Source: an uncultured bacterium (lineage in GTDB: Bacteria; Oederibacteriota; PGYV01; CAWJRG01). Taken from it: 64,000 bases of DNA. The stretch spans positions 608,001 to 672,000 of the forward strand of contig CAWJRG010000010.1 in the NCBI GenBank assembly GCA_963845185.1. The letters run 5' to 3'. Below the pieces are notes generated by a model, which worked only from the letters and a program-made list of their open reading frames with translations, was not told where the DNA came from and made no database searches. This document shows positions 20,389 to 30,463 of the stretch, one piece after another (within the stretch, counting starts at the first letter, position 1; each line of letters starts with the position of its first letter). The translations under genes were made by a program, and so were the position numbers.

Positions 20389-21107
20389 TTTATTCCTTTC
20401 TTTTTTATACTAAGATAGGTTTTTGCGCCTTTTAAAAATTCATATCCGGTCTTTTCCAGTGAAAAAGCTACACCCGCAAGCTCCCTGTCTTTTTTCAGCA
20501 TATCCACATACCCGCATTTTTCTCCTGCCATGTTGCACGCCGGATATATCCGTATCTCTTTGGAAGTGATACGGATTAGCTCCTTTATTACGTCCCTGTG
20601 AAACCCGTAGGAGAGTTTGTCCTCAAAAAGAAAAAGCAAATGCGACATAAGTGTCATAGTGAACTGCTTATTTTTAAACGGGGATTTTGGAAAATCCGCG
20701 TAAACATAAAGTTTTTTGCCGTATCTTTTATAGTCATCAATGAATAAATCAAGCGCCTTTTGCCTGAATGTCATGAGCCTTTCCGGATTTTTATAATACT
20801 CCCACCTGTATTTGTGCAGCACAGGATCCAGTTCTTTCGTTACTGTGGCAATATCCGCCTCGGATTTTTTGTAAAGCTTCCCCGCCGGAATAGCATAAAT
20901 ATTATCCGAGCCTGTTACGTCCATGCCCTTTGCGCGCGCCTCTGCAGTGAATGAACTTACTCCGCTGCCAGCGTCAAGGATCTTTTCTTTTTGCAGGTTG
21001 ATATTTTTTAGGTTGAACATTTTATCATACTCGTCAAACACCCTGCCTATAAGCATTATTTTTTTCAGGTTTATCTGTTTTTGTTTCATGCAGCCTTCCT
21101 GATGCAT
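20385..21107 (-). CDS. Class I SAM-dependent methyltransferase
   Basis: ILDAGSGVSSF motif I; SHLLFLF; overlaps the next gene by ATGA. Confidence 0.8.
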   Translation of the reverse strand: MHQEGCMKQKQINLKKIMLIGRVFDEYDKMFNLKNINLQKEKILDAGSGVSSFTAEARAKGMDVTGSDNIYAIPAGKLYKKSEADIATVTKELDPVLHKYRWEYYKNPERLMTFRQKALDLFIDDYKRYGKKLYVYADFPKSPFKNKQFTMTLMSHLLFLFEDKLSYGFHRDVIKELIRITSKEIRIYPACNMAGEKCGYVDMLKKDRELAGVAFSLEKTGYEFLKGAKTYLSIKKKGIK

Positions 21108-21255
21108 TATCTTTTTAAATCTTTTACTAGTTTTAAGGAAAATAATACAGGCTCCTACTTATTTTACCGCCAGAAATACGCCGAATTTTAAATAAAACCA
21201 TATCATCGAGTATTTTTTAAAGCCTGCTTTTTTGAGAACCGACGATTACTCCTTG

Positions 21256-21633
21256 TTATGTATTTATTTTATAATACTTTTTATCGTGGACGCAGAGAAT
21301 TCCTTTTTTGGAAACCCACTTCTTATTTTCTTTTTCTATGAATTTTTTTATCCCTTTCTCCTTGATATACACCAGGTTTTCAATCTCGCTCATGCCATAG
21401 CGCGTCCGGTACCTTTTATCCAGCCGCTGTAACCTGTCGCACGGGAATTCAACACAGCTAAAGCAGAATTTTCCTTTGCGTTTTGTGCAGATCCGCAGCC
21501 TGCAATGTTCGCGGGATTTAGGCCGGTTTTGCCCGGCGTAAGTGCAGCCATGGCAGGGGTTGTTTTCCCGTAAATGTGCCCTGCATATATTGCAGTTCAT
21601 CCCGCATGGTGCAATAAGGTCTTTTCGTTCCAT
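21256..21633 (-). CDS. DUF3795-like Cys-rich protein
   Basis: APCGMNCNIC, CHGC, CRLRIC, CFSCVEFPC; AGGAGG before ATG 21633. Confidence 0.8.
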   Translation of the reverse strand: MERKDLIAPCGMNCNICRAHLRENNPCHGCTYAGQNRPKSREHCRLRICTKRKGKFCFSCVEFPCDRLQRLDKRYRTRYGMSEIENLVYIKEKGIKKFIEKENKKWVSKKGILCVHDKKYYKINT

Positions 21634-21705
21634 GATTCCTCCTGAATAAAATATTTTAGGATACATAGGATACAATTGAGAAAAGCATATATAAATTTAT
21701 TTTAT

Positions 21706-21776
21706 GGGTGAAGTAGCGGCTATACGTAAATCACAACTTTAACTATTGTTACGACGATCTTGCTGCTACTTCACCC
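21706..21776. repeat. Long intergenic inverted repeat (15-bp arms containing GTAG/CTAC)
   Basis: GGGTGAAGTAGCGGC ... GCTGCTACTTCACCC, 14 of 15 Watson-Crick pairs plus one G-T. Confidence 0.6.
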
Positions 21777-21881
21777 TTTCCTAAGTCCTCTTCCATCGAG
21801 GGAGAGGGAGCCCACCAACTTTGTTGATAGGCAACGAGTAAAACCATAAACTAATCCTGCCACAATCATTTATATATAATA

Positions 21882-23384
21882 TTATTCCTCTTTCTTTTGG
21901 TAATCAAACCAGTCAAAGTCAGCCGGGTTTTGGCACGGCTTGCCGTTTCCGCTCGCGTACATCGCCAGATACACTCCTGTAAATCCGCCTGCCACTTCTG
22001 TCGAGAGATAACGCGTTTCGCCCTCACCCAAAAGTTTCAGGTCGTTTTCGGATGGACCGTAAGAGAACATGTATTTATTGCGGTCCGCCTCTATGGAGAG
22101 CACCCAGTTCAAAGCCTGTGGAAGGACATGGCACGCCACCTCTGCCTGGAGGCTGCCTATCCGCCTCCGCAGCACAACGCTTTCCTGCCCGTTGCGCATG
22201 GTTACGAAGATTTCATAATGATGCTTCTCGTTCATACGCACTGTTATCCCTGCTTCCTCGTTATCTGTTTTCGGCTGGAACTCCAGGCACGCCATTGCTT
22301 TCAGCGCGAAATGGCATTGCCGCCTGCCCACCCATGCAGGCGACGCAACATCGTCGAGCCCGTCCTTTGACCCGTGCATACGCAAATATCCCGGCCGCTC
22401 GTCGAGAGAATAAAGCGCTGGTTCCGGGTTGCGCAGGAAATTCCAGCAAAGGGCAAACCTTATTGAATCGAAATCGTCGCGCATTGACGAGTCAGTCTCC
22501 GGCTCAAGCGCTAAGCCCGTTTTCATTTCCAGCGCCACATGCCCATGGTCGCCAATCATTGGAAAGCCGTCTTCCAGCCATGCGACAGGGCTCAGGAATG
22601 TCTCGCGGCCAAGGTGATAACATGGCGGGTAGCCATTGGGACGGACGCCGAGAAAGACCGCGAACCAGATATTGTTTATTTCAACCAGGTCTGCATGCCC
22701 GGTTGCCTGGATTGGGCTGTTAAAACTCCTGTGGCTGAGGATTGGATTGCGGCCGCATGATACAAATGGCCCCCACGGGCTTTTTGCGCGTGCCACTACT
22801 GCCATGTGCCCGTACTCAGTGCCTCCCTCGGCCATAAGCAGATAGTACCAGTCGTCTTTGTGATACAAGTGCGGAGCTTCAGCATACTGCCCGCCTGTGC
22901 CTGTCCACACGACTTTCGGTTCAGACAGAAGCTTGCCGCTTTTGACATCAATGCGGCTTTGCAGCGCCCCGCCGCTTGAGGTAGTATATAGGACGCTCCC
23001 GTCTTTGTCGAAAAACAGAGACGGGTCAATGCCCTGCTGCTTTATTGGGATGGGCTCTGACCACGGCCCTTCCGGTGCCTGGCTGGTAACTATGAAGTTT
23101 CCGCCGGATGATACATTTGTTGTTGTCATGTAAAAGGTTCTGTTATTGTGGCGCAGCGTCGGCGCGTAAATGCCGGCTGAGGCGCCTGCACCTGTGAGTG
23201 GCAGCTGGCTTTGCCGGTCCAGGCAATGTCCGACTTGGCGCCAGTGTACAAGATCGCGGCTGTGAAAGATTGGTACGCCGGGAAAATATTCGAAACTGCT
23301 TGTAACCAGATAGAAATCGCTGTCGACCCGGCAGACGCTCGGATCCGGATAAAAACCAGGCAATACGGGATTTCGGTATTTCAT
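21882..23384 (-). CDS. GH43 beta-xylosidase/alpha-L-arabinofuranosidase with C-terminal beta-sandwich
   Basis: NPVLPGFYPDPS, TSSFEYFPG, GIDPSLF, EAPH, EGGTEYGH, GRET, GGFTG. Confidence 0.93.
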   Translation of the reverse strand: MKYRNPVLPGFYPDPSVCRVDSDFYLVTSSFEYFPGVPIFHSRDLVHWRQVGHCLDRQSQLPLTGAGASAGIYAPTLRHNNRTFYMTTTNVSSGGNFIVTSQAPEGPWSEPIPIKQQGIDPSLFFDKDGSVLYTTSSGGALQSRIDVKSGKLLSEPKVVWTGTGGQYAEAPHLYHKDDWYYLLMAEGGTEYGHMAVVARAKSPWGPFVSCGRNPILSHRSFNSPIQATGHADLVEINNIWFAVFLGVRPNGYPPCYHLGRETFLSPVAWLEDGFPMIGDHGHVALEMKTGLALEPETDSSMRDDFDSIRFALCWNFLRNPEPALYSLDERPGYLRMHGSKDGLDDVASPAWVGRRQCHFALKAMACLEFQPKTDNEEAGITVRMNEKHHYEIFVTMRNGQESVVLRRRIGSLQAEVACHVLPQALNWVLSIEADRNKYMFSYGPSENDLKLLGEGETRYLSTEVAGGFTGVYLAMYASGNGKPCQNPADFDWFDYQKKEE

Positions 23385-23496
23385 ATGCGCTCCTTAAAGT
23401 CAAAGGTTGGAACTCAATTATTGATATTTTATCAGATAATGTAGGAAAATCAAGGTAATGAAATAAACAGGGTGTGGGATACCTCAAGGTTTGGAC

Positions 23497-23528
23497 ACCC
23501 CCCCTTAACAAGGGGGCTTAAGGGGATT
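23497..23528. repeat. CCCCCCTTAACAAGGGGG palindromic repeat, copy 1
   Basis: Same core recurs at 42180-42210. Confidence 0.65.
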
Positions 23529-23547
23529 TGCTGTATAGGAGCCCTTG

Positions 23548-24612
23548 TTATTTGACGCTTTTCAAAAGTCCTATCTTATACGGCAGCAAATGATACTCTA
23601 AACCATTGCTCGCAGGATCCCTGCCCTGGAAAAGCATCTGCAGATTATCCGGGTCTATTGTCAAAGTCTCATCATAACCATCGCGTATAAGCTCTCCGTG
23701 GCTTATGTCCTTTGTCCATGGATTTACGCCCTGCTCAAACGTCACATTGTTGATTCCGGCAAAAGGCTCTTCCCATGTGGTTGCCTGCTCTTTCCATTCG
23801 CCGTCAAGCGAGTCCGCAACAAAGCTCCTGTAATACCTGTCCCAGGAATCGCCGTTTGCCGCCTCTATTATGGTCAAATACTTGTCCTGTCCCTTTATGT
23901 GATAAGTGCAGCTGCCCTCATAGAACATGCGTTTGTCGCTGTTATGCAGTACTGCAACCGCATCGCTCATATTATTCGGGAAGTCCTCTATCTTTGTCCT
24001 GCAGCGGTAAAAATGGCCGTTGTCGCCTGAAAAGAAAAGATAGGCGTATTTGCTGTCGCATATGACCCAGAAATCAAGCCATTCGGGCCCCCACTGACCT
24101 TTTTCCAGCCCGGAAGGCGCTGTCTTGAAAAAATCCTGCGGCTTTGTCCAGCCGCCGGGGTTGTCTATGTTGTCGTTTGTCGAGTATTGGGGCTGGCCCG
24201 ACTGGAATATCATGTACCATTTCTTCTGCGGGGTAAAATAAAAAACTTCGGGCGCGCAGTGGTATCCCTGCAAATTCGGGTTGTTGTCCTTTGAATATGC
24301 CTTTGCTTTTTTAACGTCTTTCCAGTCCTTGAAGCTTATGAACTGCATGCTCCATGCGCCTGCCTTATCGCATGTTGTATAAAACACATACCATTTGCCG
24401 TTGTAAAATACCACTGACGGGTCCTTTGCAGATACTATTTCGCGGCCTTTTTCAGGCTGTGGCAATATGACAGGCTCGCCTGTAGTCCATTGGAACCTTG
24501 TATTTTCATCAAATCCCTTTATCACCGGTGCACCGCCTTTTTCCGTAGTTGCTGATACGCATGACAGCATCAGAAAAATTAATATGATTATTACATATAA
24601 TTTTTTCAACAT
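23548..24612 (-). CDS. GH62 alpha-L-arabinofuranosidase, secreted
   Basis: KDPSVV, APEVFYFTPQKKWY, LDFWVICD, YEGS, WTKDISHGELIR. Confidence 0.9.
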   Translation of the reverse strand: MLKKLYVIIILIFLMLSCVSATTEKGGAPVIKGFDENTRFQWTTGEPVILPQPEKGREIVSAKDPSVVFYNGKWYVFYTTCDKAGAWSMQFISFKDWKDVKKAKAYSKDNNPNLQGYHCAPEVFYFTPQKKWYMIFQSGQPQYSTNDNIDNPGGWTKPQDFFKTAPSGLEKGQWGPEWLDFWVICDSKYAYLFFSGDNGHFYRCRTKIEDFPNNMSDAVAVLHNSDKRMFYEGSCTYHIKGQDKYLTIIEAANGDSWDRYYRSFVADSLDGEWKEQATTWEEPFAGINNVTFEQGVNPWTKDISHGELIRDGYDETLTIDPDNLQMLFQGRDPASNGLEYHLLPYKIGLLKSVK

Positions 24613-24631
24613 ATTGAACCTCCTGTTTTTT

Positions 24632-25174
24632 TTACAGCGTTTTTATCCAGTCCTTGCTTGTCAATACTTCAGCCTGCCTCGGGAATATTTTTTCTGTCAA
24701 AACCCTGTGCACTTCAGGGTCCGCATCGCTGCACAAATCCGACAGGATGGTGAGCTGTAAATCCTTGTCTGCCGCTTCCCTTGTAGTTGACAATACCACA
24801 CCGCTGGTGGCTATGCCGCAAAGTACAAGGTACCGGATGTCCATGGAACGCAGCACCACCTCAAGGTCGCTCCCGCTGAACGCGCTGACCCGCCGTTTTG
24901 TAACAACGACATCGCCGGCAATTGGCTCTATGGCAGGAGCTGGGTCGACCATATTGCCAAGCGGCGACTCCTTTATCCTGCTAAAGCTCTTGTTCTGCGG
25001 ATTTATTTCCGGGAAACCCGGCCTGAACCCAACCACAACATAGATGACAGGCACCTGCTTGCTGTGCGCCGCGTCTATCGCGGGCCTTAATTTTGCCAGA
25101 TACTCGTCTTTTTTCTCCAGCCTGCTTAATGTCCCAGGCTGTACATCCATAACCAGTAACGCGCTTTTACTCAT
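24632..25174 (-). CDS. Isochorismatase-family cysteine hydrolase
   Basis: ALLVMDVQ, KRRVSAFSGSDL, GIATSGVVLST; GGAGG before ATG 25174. The usual Cys nucleophile position reads Val. Confidence 0.88.
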   Translation of the reverse strand: MSKSALLVMDVQPGTLSRLEKKDEYLAKLRPAIDAAHSKQVPVIYVVVGFRPGFPEINPQNKSFSRIKESPLGNMVDPAPAIEPIAGDVVVTKRRVSAFSGSDLEVVLRSMDIRYLVLCGIATSGVVLSTTREAADKDLQLTILSDLCSDADPEVHRVLTEKIFPRQAEVLTSKDWIKTL

Positions 25175-25185
25175 GTTTTGCCTCC

Positions 25186-25293
25186 TTGGTATCGTTTGTT
25201 TTACCAAGCCGTCAACAGGCGCCGGTAAAACATTACGAGACCAAGCACCCGGTCAAGTCCGAGACTTTTAAGTCGAGGACGAGAGGTGCCAGT
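25186..25293 (-). repeat. Two-hairpin leader motif, copy B (complete)
   Basis: Aligns end to end with 53159-53260 with compensatory stem changes; ends at the GGAGG of the 25174 gene. Confidence 0.8.
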
Positions 25294-25304
25294 ATGTTTT
25301 TGTT

Positions 25305-25385
25305 GTAGGGGTAATTCACGAATTACCTAGTCGTTGTTATTTCTTCAGTTTTGGGCAGTTAAATAGTCCTGTGGACTATTTAACG
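25305..25385. repeat. REP-like palindromes
   Basis: GTAGGGGTAATTCACGAATTACC and GTTAAATAGTCC-TGT-GGACTATTTAAC. Confidence 0.55.
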
Positions 25386-25423
25386 GGTAGTTTCCATAAA
25401 TCATCATATTAATAACTACCCTG

Positions 25424-25477
25424 AATATTACGCTATCATGTACCCGCTTAAGTCCTCGGCTACAGCCGAGGACAAGC
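25424..25477 (-). repeat. Two-hairpin leader motif, copy C (partial)
   Basis: 25 nt AATATTACGCTATCATGTACCCGCT identical to the 53 kb copy, then the GTCCTCGGC-TACA-GCCGAGGAC hairpin. Confidence 0.8.
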
Positions 25478-25521
25478 TTTAATATATACTATTCTATTTT
25501 GTATTTGGCATTTATAGGGCT

Positions 25522-26226
25522 TCAATTTCCTGTTTCATAGGAATTTACTGAATTGCATTGCCATGTTACTGTACCATCCGTTGTGCTGACTGTGCAGATT
25601 GCTTCATTCATTATCACCGCAGAACAAATACCCCAATCGACCGACGGTTGATAATAATAATATTTAATATCGGATGTATATGCGCCCGCAGTTTGTGTGA
25701 CATCAGAGCTGTATATATCTTTTACCTCACCCGGATAAGAGACGGGGCCGTAGCCGCTGCAGTTCTCGTTAAGCAGCCAGTATTCCGCGAATTCCTTGAC
25801 TGCTGCTGTTGATGTTACAGATTGCAAAACCCTTGTTGAGGGATCATAATAACTACAATTATAAACTCTTTGTTGAAAAACCGGATTTGCGTTCCAGTCG
25901 CGTTCGTAATACATGCTTGTTGCGCGCTCGGAATATGAGGTATAACCCCAGGCATTAACCGTATTTGAATAATCAAAAATAGCGTCTGCCTGGACCGTTG
26001 TGCTCGCGCATACAAAAGAATAATAATAACAGGTAGATACAGGCGGTGTTGTATCTATATAAAATCCGGCCGGATACAAAAAATTACCGCTTTGCGCGTT
26101 CGAAATAAGGGTATTTGCTTCGGGTGCAATGGATCTTTTGCAATTATTGTTGTTCTTCCTGCAGCTCCAGCAACCGCTGCTGAATATCATAGCTAAAGCT
26201 GCAAGTATGATTAATAGTTTTTTCAT
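25522..26226 (-). CDS. Hypothetical Tyr/Cys-rich lipoprotein
   Basis: MKKLLIILAALAMIFSSGC lipobox, AGGAGG RBS, consensus promoter upstream. Confidence 0.75.
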   Translation of the reverse strand: MKKLLIILAALAMIFSSGCWSCRKNNNNCKRSIAPEANTLISNAQSGNFLYPAGFYIDTTPPVSTCYYYSFVCASTTVQADAIFDYSNTVNAWGYTSYSERATSMYYERDWNANPVFQQRVYNCSYYDPSTRVLQSVTSTAAVKEFAEYWLLNENCSGYGPVSYPGEVKDIYSSDVTQTAGAYTSDIKYYYYQPSVDWGICSAVIMNEAICTVSTTDGTVTWQCNSVNSYETGN

Positions 26227-26256
26227 GACCGCCTCCTTTTCCTTTAGTTTTATATA

Positions 26257-26285
26257 ATTATATCCCTTATTGACAGCCCTGTCAA
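26257..26285 (-). promoter_or_regulatory. Consensus sigma70 promoter with overlapping palindromic operator
   Basis: TTGACA-17 nt-TATAAT on the minus strand; TTGACAG-CC-CTGTCAA dyad at 26270-26285. Confidence 0.7.
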
Positions 26286-26316
26286 ATTCCTTTCCGTATA
26301 AAAGGCCTTAAGGGGG

Positions 26317-26345
26317 TTGCCTAAATGCCGGCTGTTGGCTATAAT
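26317..26345 (+). promoter_or_regulatory. sigma70 promoter, leaderless architecture
   Basis: TTGCCT-17-TATAAT, then 6 nt to ATG 26352; no Shine-Dalgarno. Confidence 0.65.
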
Positions 26346-26351
26346 AAACAC

Positions 26352-26837
26352 ATGGATTCCAAAACTGTTATAGAACTATATAAGTCGCTGGAAAACATCG
26401 GCATTCAGATATGGATTGACGGCGGCTGGGGTGTCGATGCCCTTTTGGGCAGGCAGACACGCCCGCATAAGGACCTGGACATAGCTGTCCAGTGGAAAGA
26501 TGTTCCTCTGCTCCGTGAATTCATGGAGGCTAAAGATTACAAACAAATCAAAGAAGACAACAAATGGAACTTTGTACTGGCCGATACTGGCGGCAATGAG
26601 CTTGATGTACATGCCTTTGTTTATGATGACAAGGGCAATGTGGTAGACGGAATCATGTATCCTGCCGAATCCCTCACAGGCACTGGCTCTATAGATGGCC
26701 AGGTTGTAAAATGCATCTCTTCCCAATATATGGTTGAGTTCCTGACTCCGTGGATGAGCAAATATCCGGAAAAATACAAACAGGCTGTTTTTGATTTGTG
26801 CAAGAAATTTAACATACCCGTTCCCGGTTGGAATTAA
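26352..26837 (+). CDS. Lincosamide/aminoglycoside nucleotidyltransferase family (Lnu/ANT(2'')-like)
   Basis: WIDGGWGVDALLGRQTRPHKDLD signature, ELDVH; 161 aa from ATG 26352. Confidence 0.85.
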   Translation: MDSKTVIELYKSLENIGIQIWIDGGWGVDALLGRQTRPHKDLDIAVQWKDVPLLREFMEAKDYKQIKEDNKWNFVLADTGGNELDVHAFVYDDKGNVVDGIMYPAESLTGTGSIDGQVVKCISSQYMVEFLTPWMSKYPEKYKQAVFDLCKKFNIPVPGWN

Positions 26838-26874
26838 AGGCAGAATTCGGCATCTTTCCTTTCTTCATGCAATA

Positions 26875-29439
26875 TCATTTCCCATCCCAGACGTATGTTC
26901 CGCCCTTTTCCAGCTTCAATTCACGCTCGTTTTTACCGTAACGCAATTTTATCGTATCGCCTTCCAAAGACCGGACCTTTGCCGAGACAAGTTTTCCATC
27001 TTGCCATGATATGTCCACTTCAAAGCCGCCCCGTGCGCGCAGTCCCTTCACACTCCCATTGGGCCATGCTTTCGGCAGTGCGGGAAGCAGGTTGATGATC
27101 CGGATGACGTTGGCCGAATCTCCGGTTTCCATCTCGTGGCTTTGCAGCAGCATCTCTGTTATGCCTGAAACCGCGCCGAAATTGCCGTCAATCTGGAAAG
27201 GCGGATGCGCGTCAAGGAGATTCGGGTAAGTACCGCCTCCTGTGTCGAATGAGCTGCCATGGCTGCCCGGCGCGCTCAGCAGGTTCGTCAGCATAACATA
27301 AGCGTGGTCGCCTTCGAGCAGCCTTGCCCATAAATTCATTTTCCACGCGAGGCTCCAGCCTGTGCCAGCATCGCCGCGCGCACGCAGCGTGACCTTCGCT
27401 GCGTTAAATAAATCCGGAGTACCGCTTTTGGTAACCTGGCTGCTGGGGAACAGCGCGTAGAGCTGCGAAACATGGCGGTTGGTATCGTTCCAGCTGTCAA
27501 CATCCTCCAGCCATTCCTGGAATTGGCCCCATTTACCGGTCTGGAACGGAGGCAGTTTCGCGCGCAATGCCAGGATTTTCCTTTGGAACTTTTCATCTTT
27601 GGAAAGTATCCTGGCCGCCTCAGCAGTCTGAGCGAAAAGGTCGCGCAGGATGCCGTTATCCACCGCGGGCCCGGCGCATAAGCCGCCGTTCTCCGGGGAA
27701 TACGACGGGCATGTCACAAACCAGCCCTTATCAATATGCCTTGGATCCTGTACCAAAAAATCAATAAAAAATTCACATGAGCCTTTCATCAACGGATAAG
27801 CCCGTTTTAAAAACACCTTATCTCCGGTGAAAAGGTAGTGCTCCCAGAGGTGTGTACAAAGCCAGGCTCCGGCCAGCGGCCATTGGCTCATAGGAGGAAA
27901 ATCCACAGGCGCGGTGCCGCGCCAGAGGTCGGTATTATGATGTACCACCCAGCCGCCCGCGCCATACATTTTTTTTGCGGTTACTGCGCCGGCACTGGAC
28001 AGGTCTGCGATCATCGCAAACAGCGGTTCGGCGCATTCAGAGAGGTTGGCGCTCTCGGCTGGCCAGTAATTCATCTCCGTGTTGATATTGACGGTATATT
28101 TGCTTCCCCATGCCGGTGACATCGGCGATCCATAGTAGTCCCGTCCGCTCATATCGAGTTCTCCGGTTTGGAAATTCGCCCCGTTCCATATACCCTGCAG
28201 GTTCGCCGGCTGGCCGCCCGGGCGGCTGCATGCGATAAGCAGGTAGCGTCCAAACTGAAAGTAAAGCGCTGCCAGGCCGGGATCTCCGCCTTTTGCAAAA
28301 CCGGATATGCGTTCGTCGGTCGGTTTGCCGGCGCTATCGGTACTGCCGAGATCAATCGATACGCGCCCGAACAGGGCCTGGTAGTCGGCGAGATGTTTTT
28401 CTTTGAGTTTAATATACGTTTTTTTCAGCGCTGAGCCCAGTATCGCCCCGGTTTTTTTCTTCGCGTCGCCTGAAACATCATGGTAGTTTTTGAAATTCGT
28501 TGCGCCTGAAATGATAAGCGTCGCCGAATCCGCCCCCTTGATAATAATCCCGCCATCCGTAACAGTGAACGTCCCTCCCTCATGCATTGTCGCCAGCCGC
28601 GCATATGCCGTAATGGCGGCCGGCACATCCACATCAGGAATGTTGGCGCAGGCAGACTTCGGCATCTGGTCCGGAAGCCACCATTCCTTGGTGGTCCGCT
28701 TGTAATCTTTTCCCATTCCTTTCATCATAAGCGTGTTTCCGTCAGCGCTTTGCCTGAATCCCGGCAGGGGCGAGGCAAACGACGCGTTGAAACTCACGCA
28801 GCCGGGTTTGTCCGCCGAGATGTGTACTACGATTATTCGATCCGGGTAACTGGCGAAAACTTCGCGGGTATAGATGACATTTTCAACTTTATATGTAGTC
28901 ACGGCCATGGCTGTATCCAGATCAAGCCAGCGCTTATAGTCCGTAACTGCGGCAACAGGATCCGGGAATGTCAGCAGCAGGTCTCCTAAAGGAAGATAGG
29001 ATGTTTCCTTCATCGGCTGGCCCATGGCGTTCTGGTAAAGAAGCCCGCAGGCTTCCGACAATGCCGCAGGTGTGCCTTCAAAAACCAGTTTCCTGGCCTT
29101 GTTGACAGCGTTAAACGCCGTGTCCCGCGCCGGTGTATATGGCCCGCCGGACCACACAGTACCTTCATTAAGCTGGATATTTTCCGTATCAATGCCGCCA
29201 AAAACCATGGCGCCCATATACCCGTTGCCGATTGGCAGCGCCTCATACCAGTTCTTTGCGGGCTGCCTATACCATAGGATATAGCGGCCCTCGGGCCCTT
29301 TATCCGAGCCGTAAATCATTTCAGCGGATTTTGAATCCACAGCCGGAGCGCAGGCTGCGGAGGTTGCCAGGACAAGCCATGTTACTGTAAAAAGGAATAA
29401 AATCATTGCCCTTCCGTTTCCTGTCATATAATATGACAT
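26875..29439 (-). CDS. GH95 alpha-L-fucosidase/alpha-L-galactosidase, secreted
   Basis: [56 protein letters not shown]. Confidence 0.95.
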   Translation of the reverse strand: MSYYMTGNGRAMILFLFTVTWLVLATSAACAPAVDSKSAEMIYGSDKGPEGRYILWYRQPAKNWYEALPIGNGYMGAMVFGGIDTENIQLNEGTVWSGGPYTPARDTAFNAVNKARKLVFEGTPAALSEACGLLYQNAMGQPMKETSYLPLGDLLLTFPDPVAAVTDYKRWLDLDTAMAVTTYKVENVIYTREVFASYPDRIIVVHISADKPGCVSFNASFASPLPGFRQSADGNTLMMKGMGKDYKRTTKEWWLPDQMPKSACANIPDVDVPAAITAYARLATMHEGGTFTVTDGGIIIKGADSATLIISGATNFKNYHDVSGDAKKKTGAILGSALKKTYIKLKEKHLADYQALFGRVSIDLGSTDSAGKPTDERISGFAKGGDPGLAALYFQFGRYLLIACSRPGGQPANLQGIWNGANFQTGELDMSGRDYYGSPMSPAWGSKYTVNINTEMNYWPAESANLSECAEPLFAMIADLSSAGAVTAKKMYGAGGWVVHHNTDLWRGTAPVDFPPMSQWPLAGAWLCTHLWEHYLFTGDKVFLKRAYPLMKGSCEFFIDFLVQDPRHIDKGWFVTCPSYSPENGGLCAGPAVDNGILRDLFAQTAEAARILSKDEKFQRKILALRAKLPPFQTGKWGQFQEWLEDVDSWNDTNRHVSQLYALFPSSQVTKSGTPDLFNAAKVTLRARGDAGTGWSLAWKMNLWARLLEGDHAYVMLTNLLSAPGSHGSSFDTGGGTYPNLLDAHPPFQIDGNFGAVSGITEMLLQSHEMETGDSANVIRIINLLPALPKAWPNGSVKGLRARGGFEVDISWQDGKLVSAKVRSLEGDTIKLRYGKNERELKLEKGGTYVWDGK

Positions 29440-29719
29440 CTTATTTTATCCATTATGTTTCTCCACCAGGGTTATATTTCCGGAATTTTTATGCCCTCCG
29501 CTATATTTTATGAATGAAACACCCCACTGTCAATATAAATCAATAAGGCAGAACATTTGTGAATCCAGAATACCAGGATAATTTATAGATTATTATGGAT
29601 AATACCTCTTTTCTTTAACTTAAACAAAAAATATGAGGTGTTTGGATATGTTTCCCAAAAGAAAATATCAAGTTAAATCCCCGCTTGATTTGTTGATGGA
29701 TACTCCCCGCTGATATTGA

Positions 29720-30463
29720 TCATATACCAGCCCGCTCAAACAAACATACGGCAAATAAAACTGTTATTTCCGTCAATTCATTTATCGCGCCGATTGTATC
29801 CCCTGTTATGCCGTTTATTTTTTTATTAATATACCGGCTTATTGTATATGAAACCAGGGCAGCCAATACAAAAGCAATCATGCCTTTTAACCGCCATAAA
29901 GCAACAGCGGCCGACAGGGCAATTATTGACGGGAGAATAAATATTGGTAAATTTAATTTTTCCATGAAGTGTTTTGCCTTGCCCTGTTTTCGTGCGTAAG
30001 GAAACAAAAACATTACAAATACCATGGCCCACCTGCCAAGCAAGCACATTAAAACTATGGCTATAGGTTTTGCAGGCGCGGTGACGGCGTTAAGCAGTGA
30101 GATTTTTAAAATAACCGCGCTTATTATGGCGAGCACTCCCATTGAACCGGTATGCGGGTCGCGCATTATCCTTAATTTATCCTTTATGTTCTTCCCGCCG
30201 TATAATCCGTCAAAAGTATCGGACAGCCCATCCAGATGAAGTCCCCCCGTCAAAACCGTCAGTAAAATAATTGTCATTGTGCTTGCAAGCAGAGCGTCAA
30301 AACCCGCCCGTATCATAAGCATATTTAGCCCTGCAGTCAGGAACCCCAGCAGCAGCCCGACAACCGGGAAAAAAATCACCGCCCCGGCAAATTTTTTTAC
30401 GGAATATTTAACGTTAACCGGGATTATACCGAGAAACTGGACGGCGAGCAGGAATTCAGTCAT
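29720..30463 (-). CDS. cobS: Adenosylcobinamide-GDP ribazoletransferase (cobalamin synthase)
   Basis: TGGLHLDGLSDTFDG, IMRDPHTGSMGV, GITGDTIGA. Confidence 0.95.
   Translation of the reverse strand: MTEFLLAVQFLGIIPVNVKYSVKKFAGAVIFFPVVGLLLGFLTAGLNMLMIRAGFDALLASTMTIILLTVLTGGLHLDGLSDTFDGLYGGKNIKDKLRIMRDPHTGSMGVLAIISAVILKISLLNAVTAPAKPIAIVLMCLLGRWAMVFVMFLFPYARKQGKAKHFMEKLNLPIFILPSIIALSAAVALWRLKGMIAFVLAALVSYTISRYINKKINGITGDTIGAINELTEITVLFAVCLFERAGI

Noticed and set aside
23473..23498. Possible solo IS3 end (TG...GTTTGGACAC)
   Set aside because: Only 16 of 26 positions match the IS inverted repeat, with no partner end or transposase remnant; could be chance.
25240..25290. Similarity of the repeat motif (ACCCGGTCA, GGACGAG) to a guanidine-III riboswitch
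   Set aside because: The match is on the antisense strand, the element order differs and the gene context does not fit; left to an Rfam search.
13393..29439. Integron cassette array (co-oriented unrelated genes with hairpin spacers)
   Set aside because: The hairpins lack RYYYAAC/GTTRRRY attC boxes, several genes have their own promoters or form operons, and no integrase is present.
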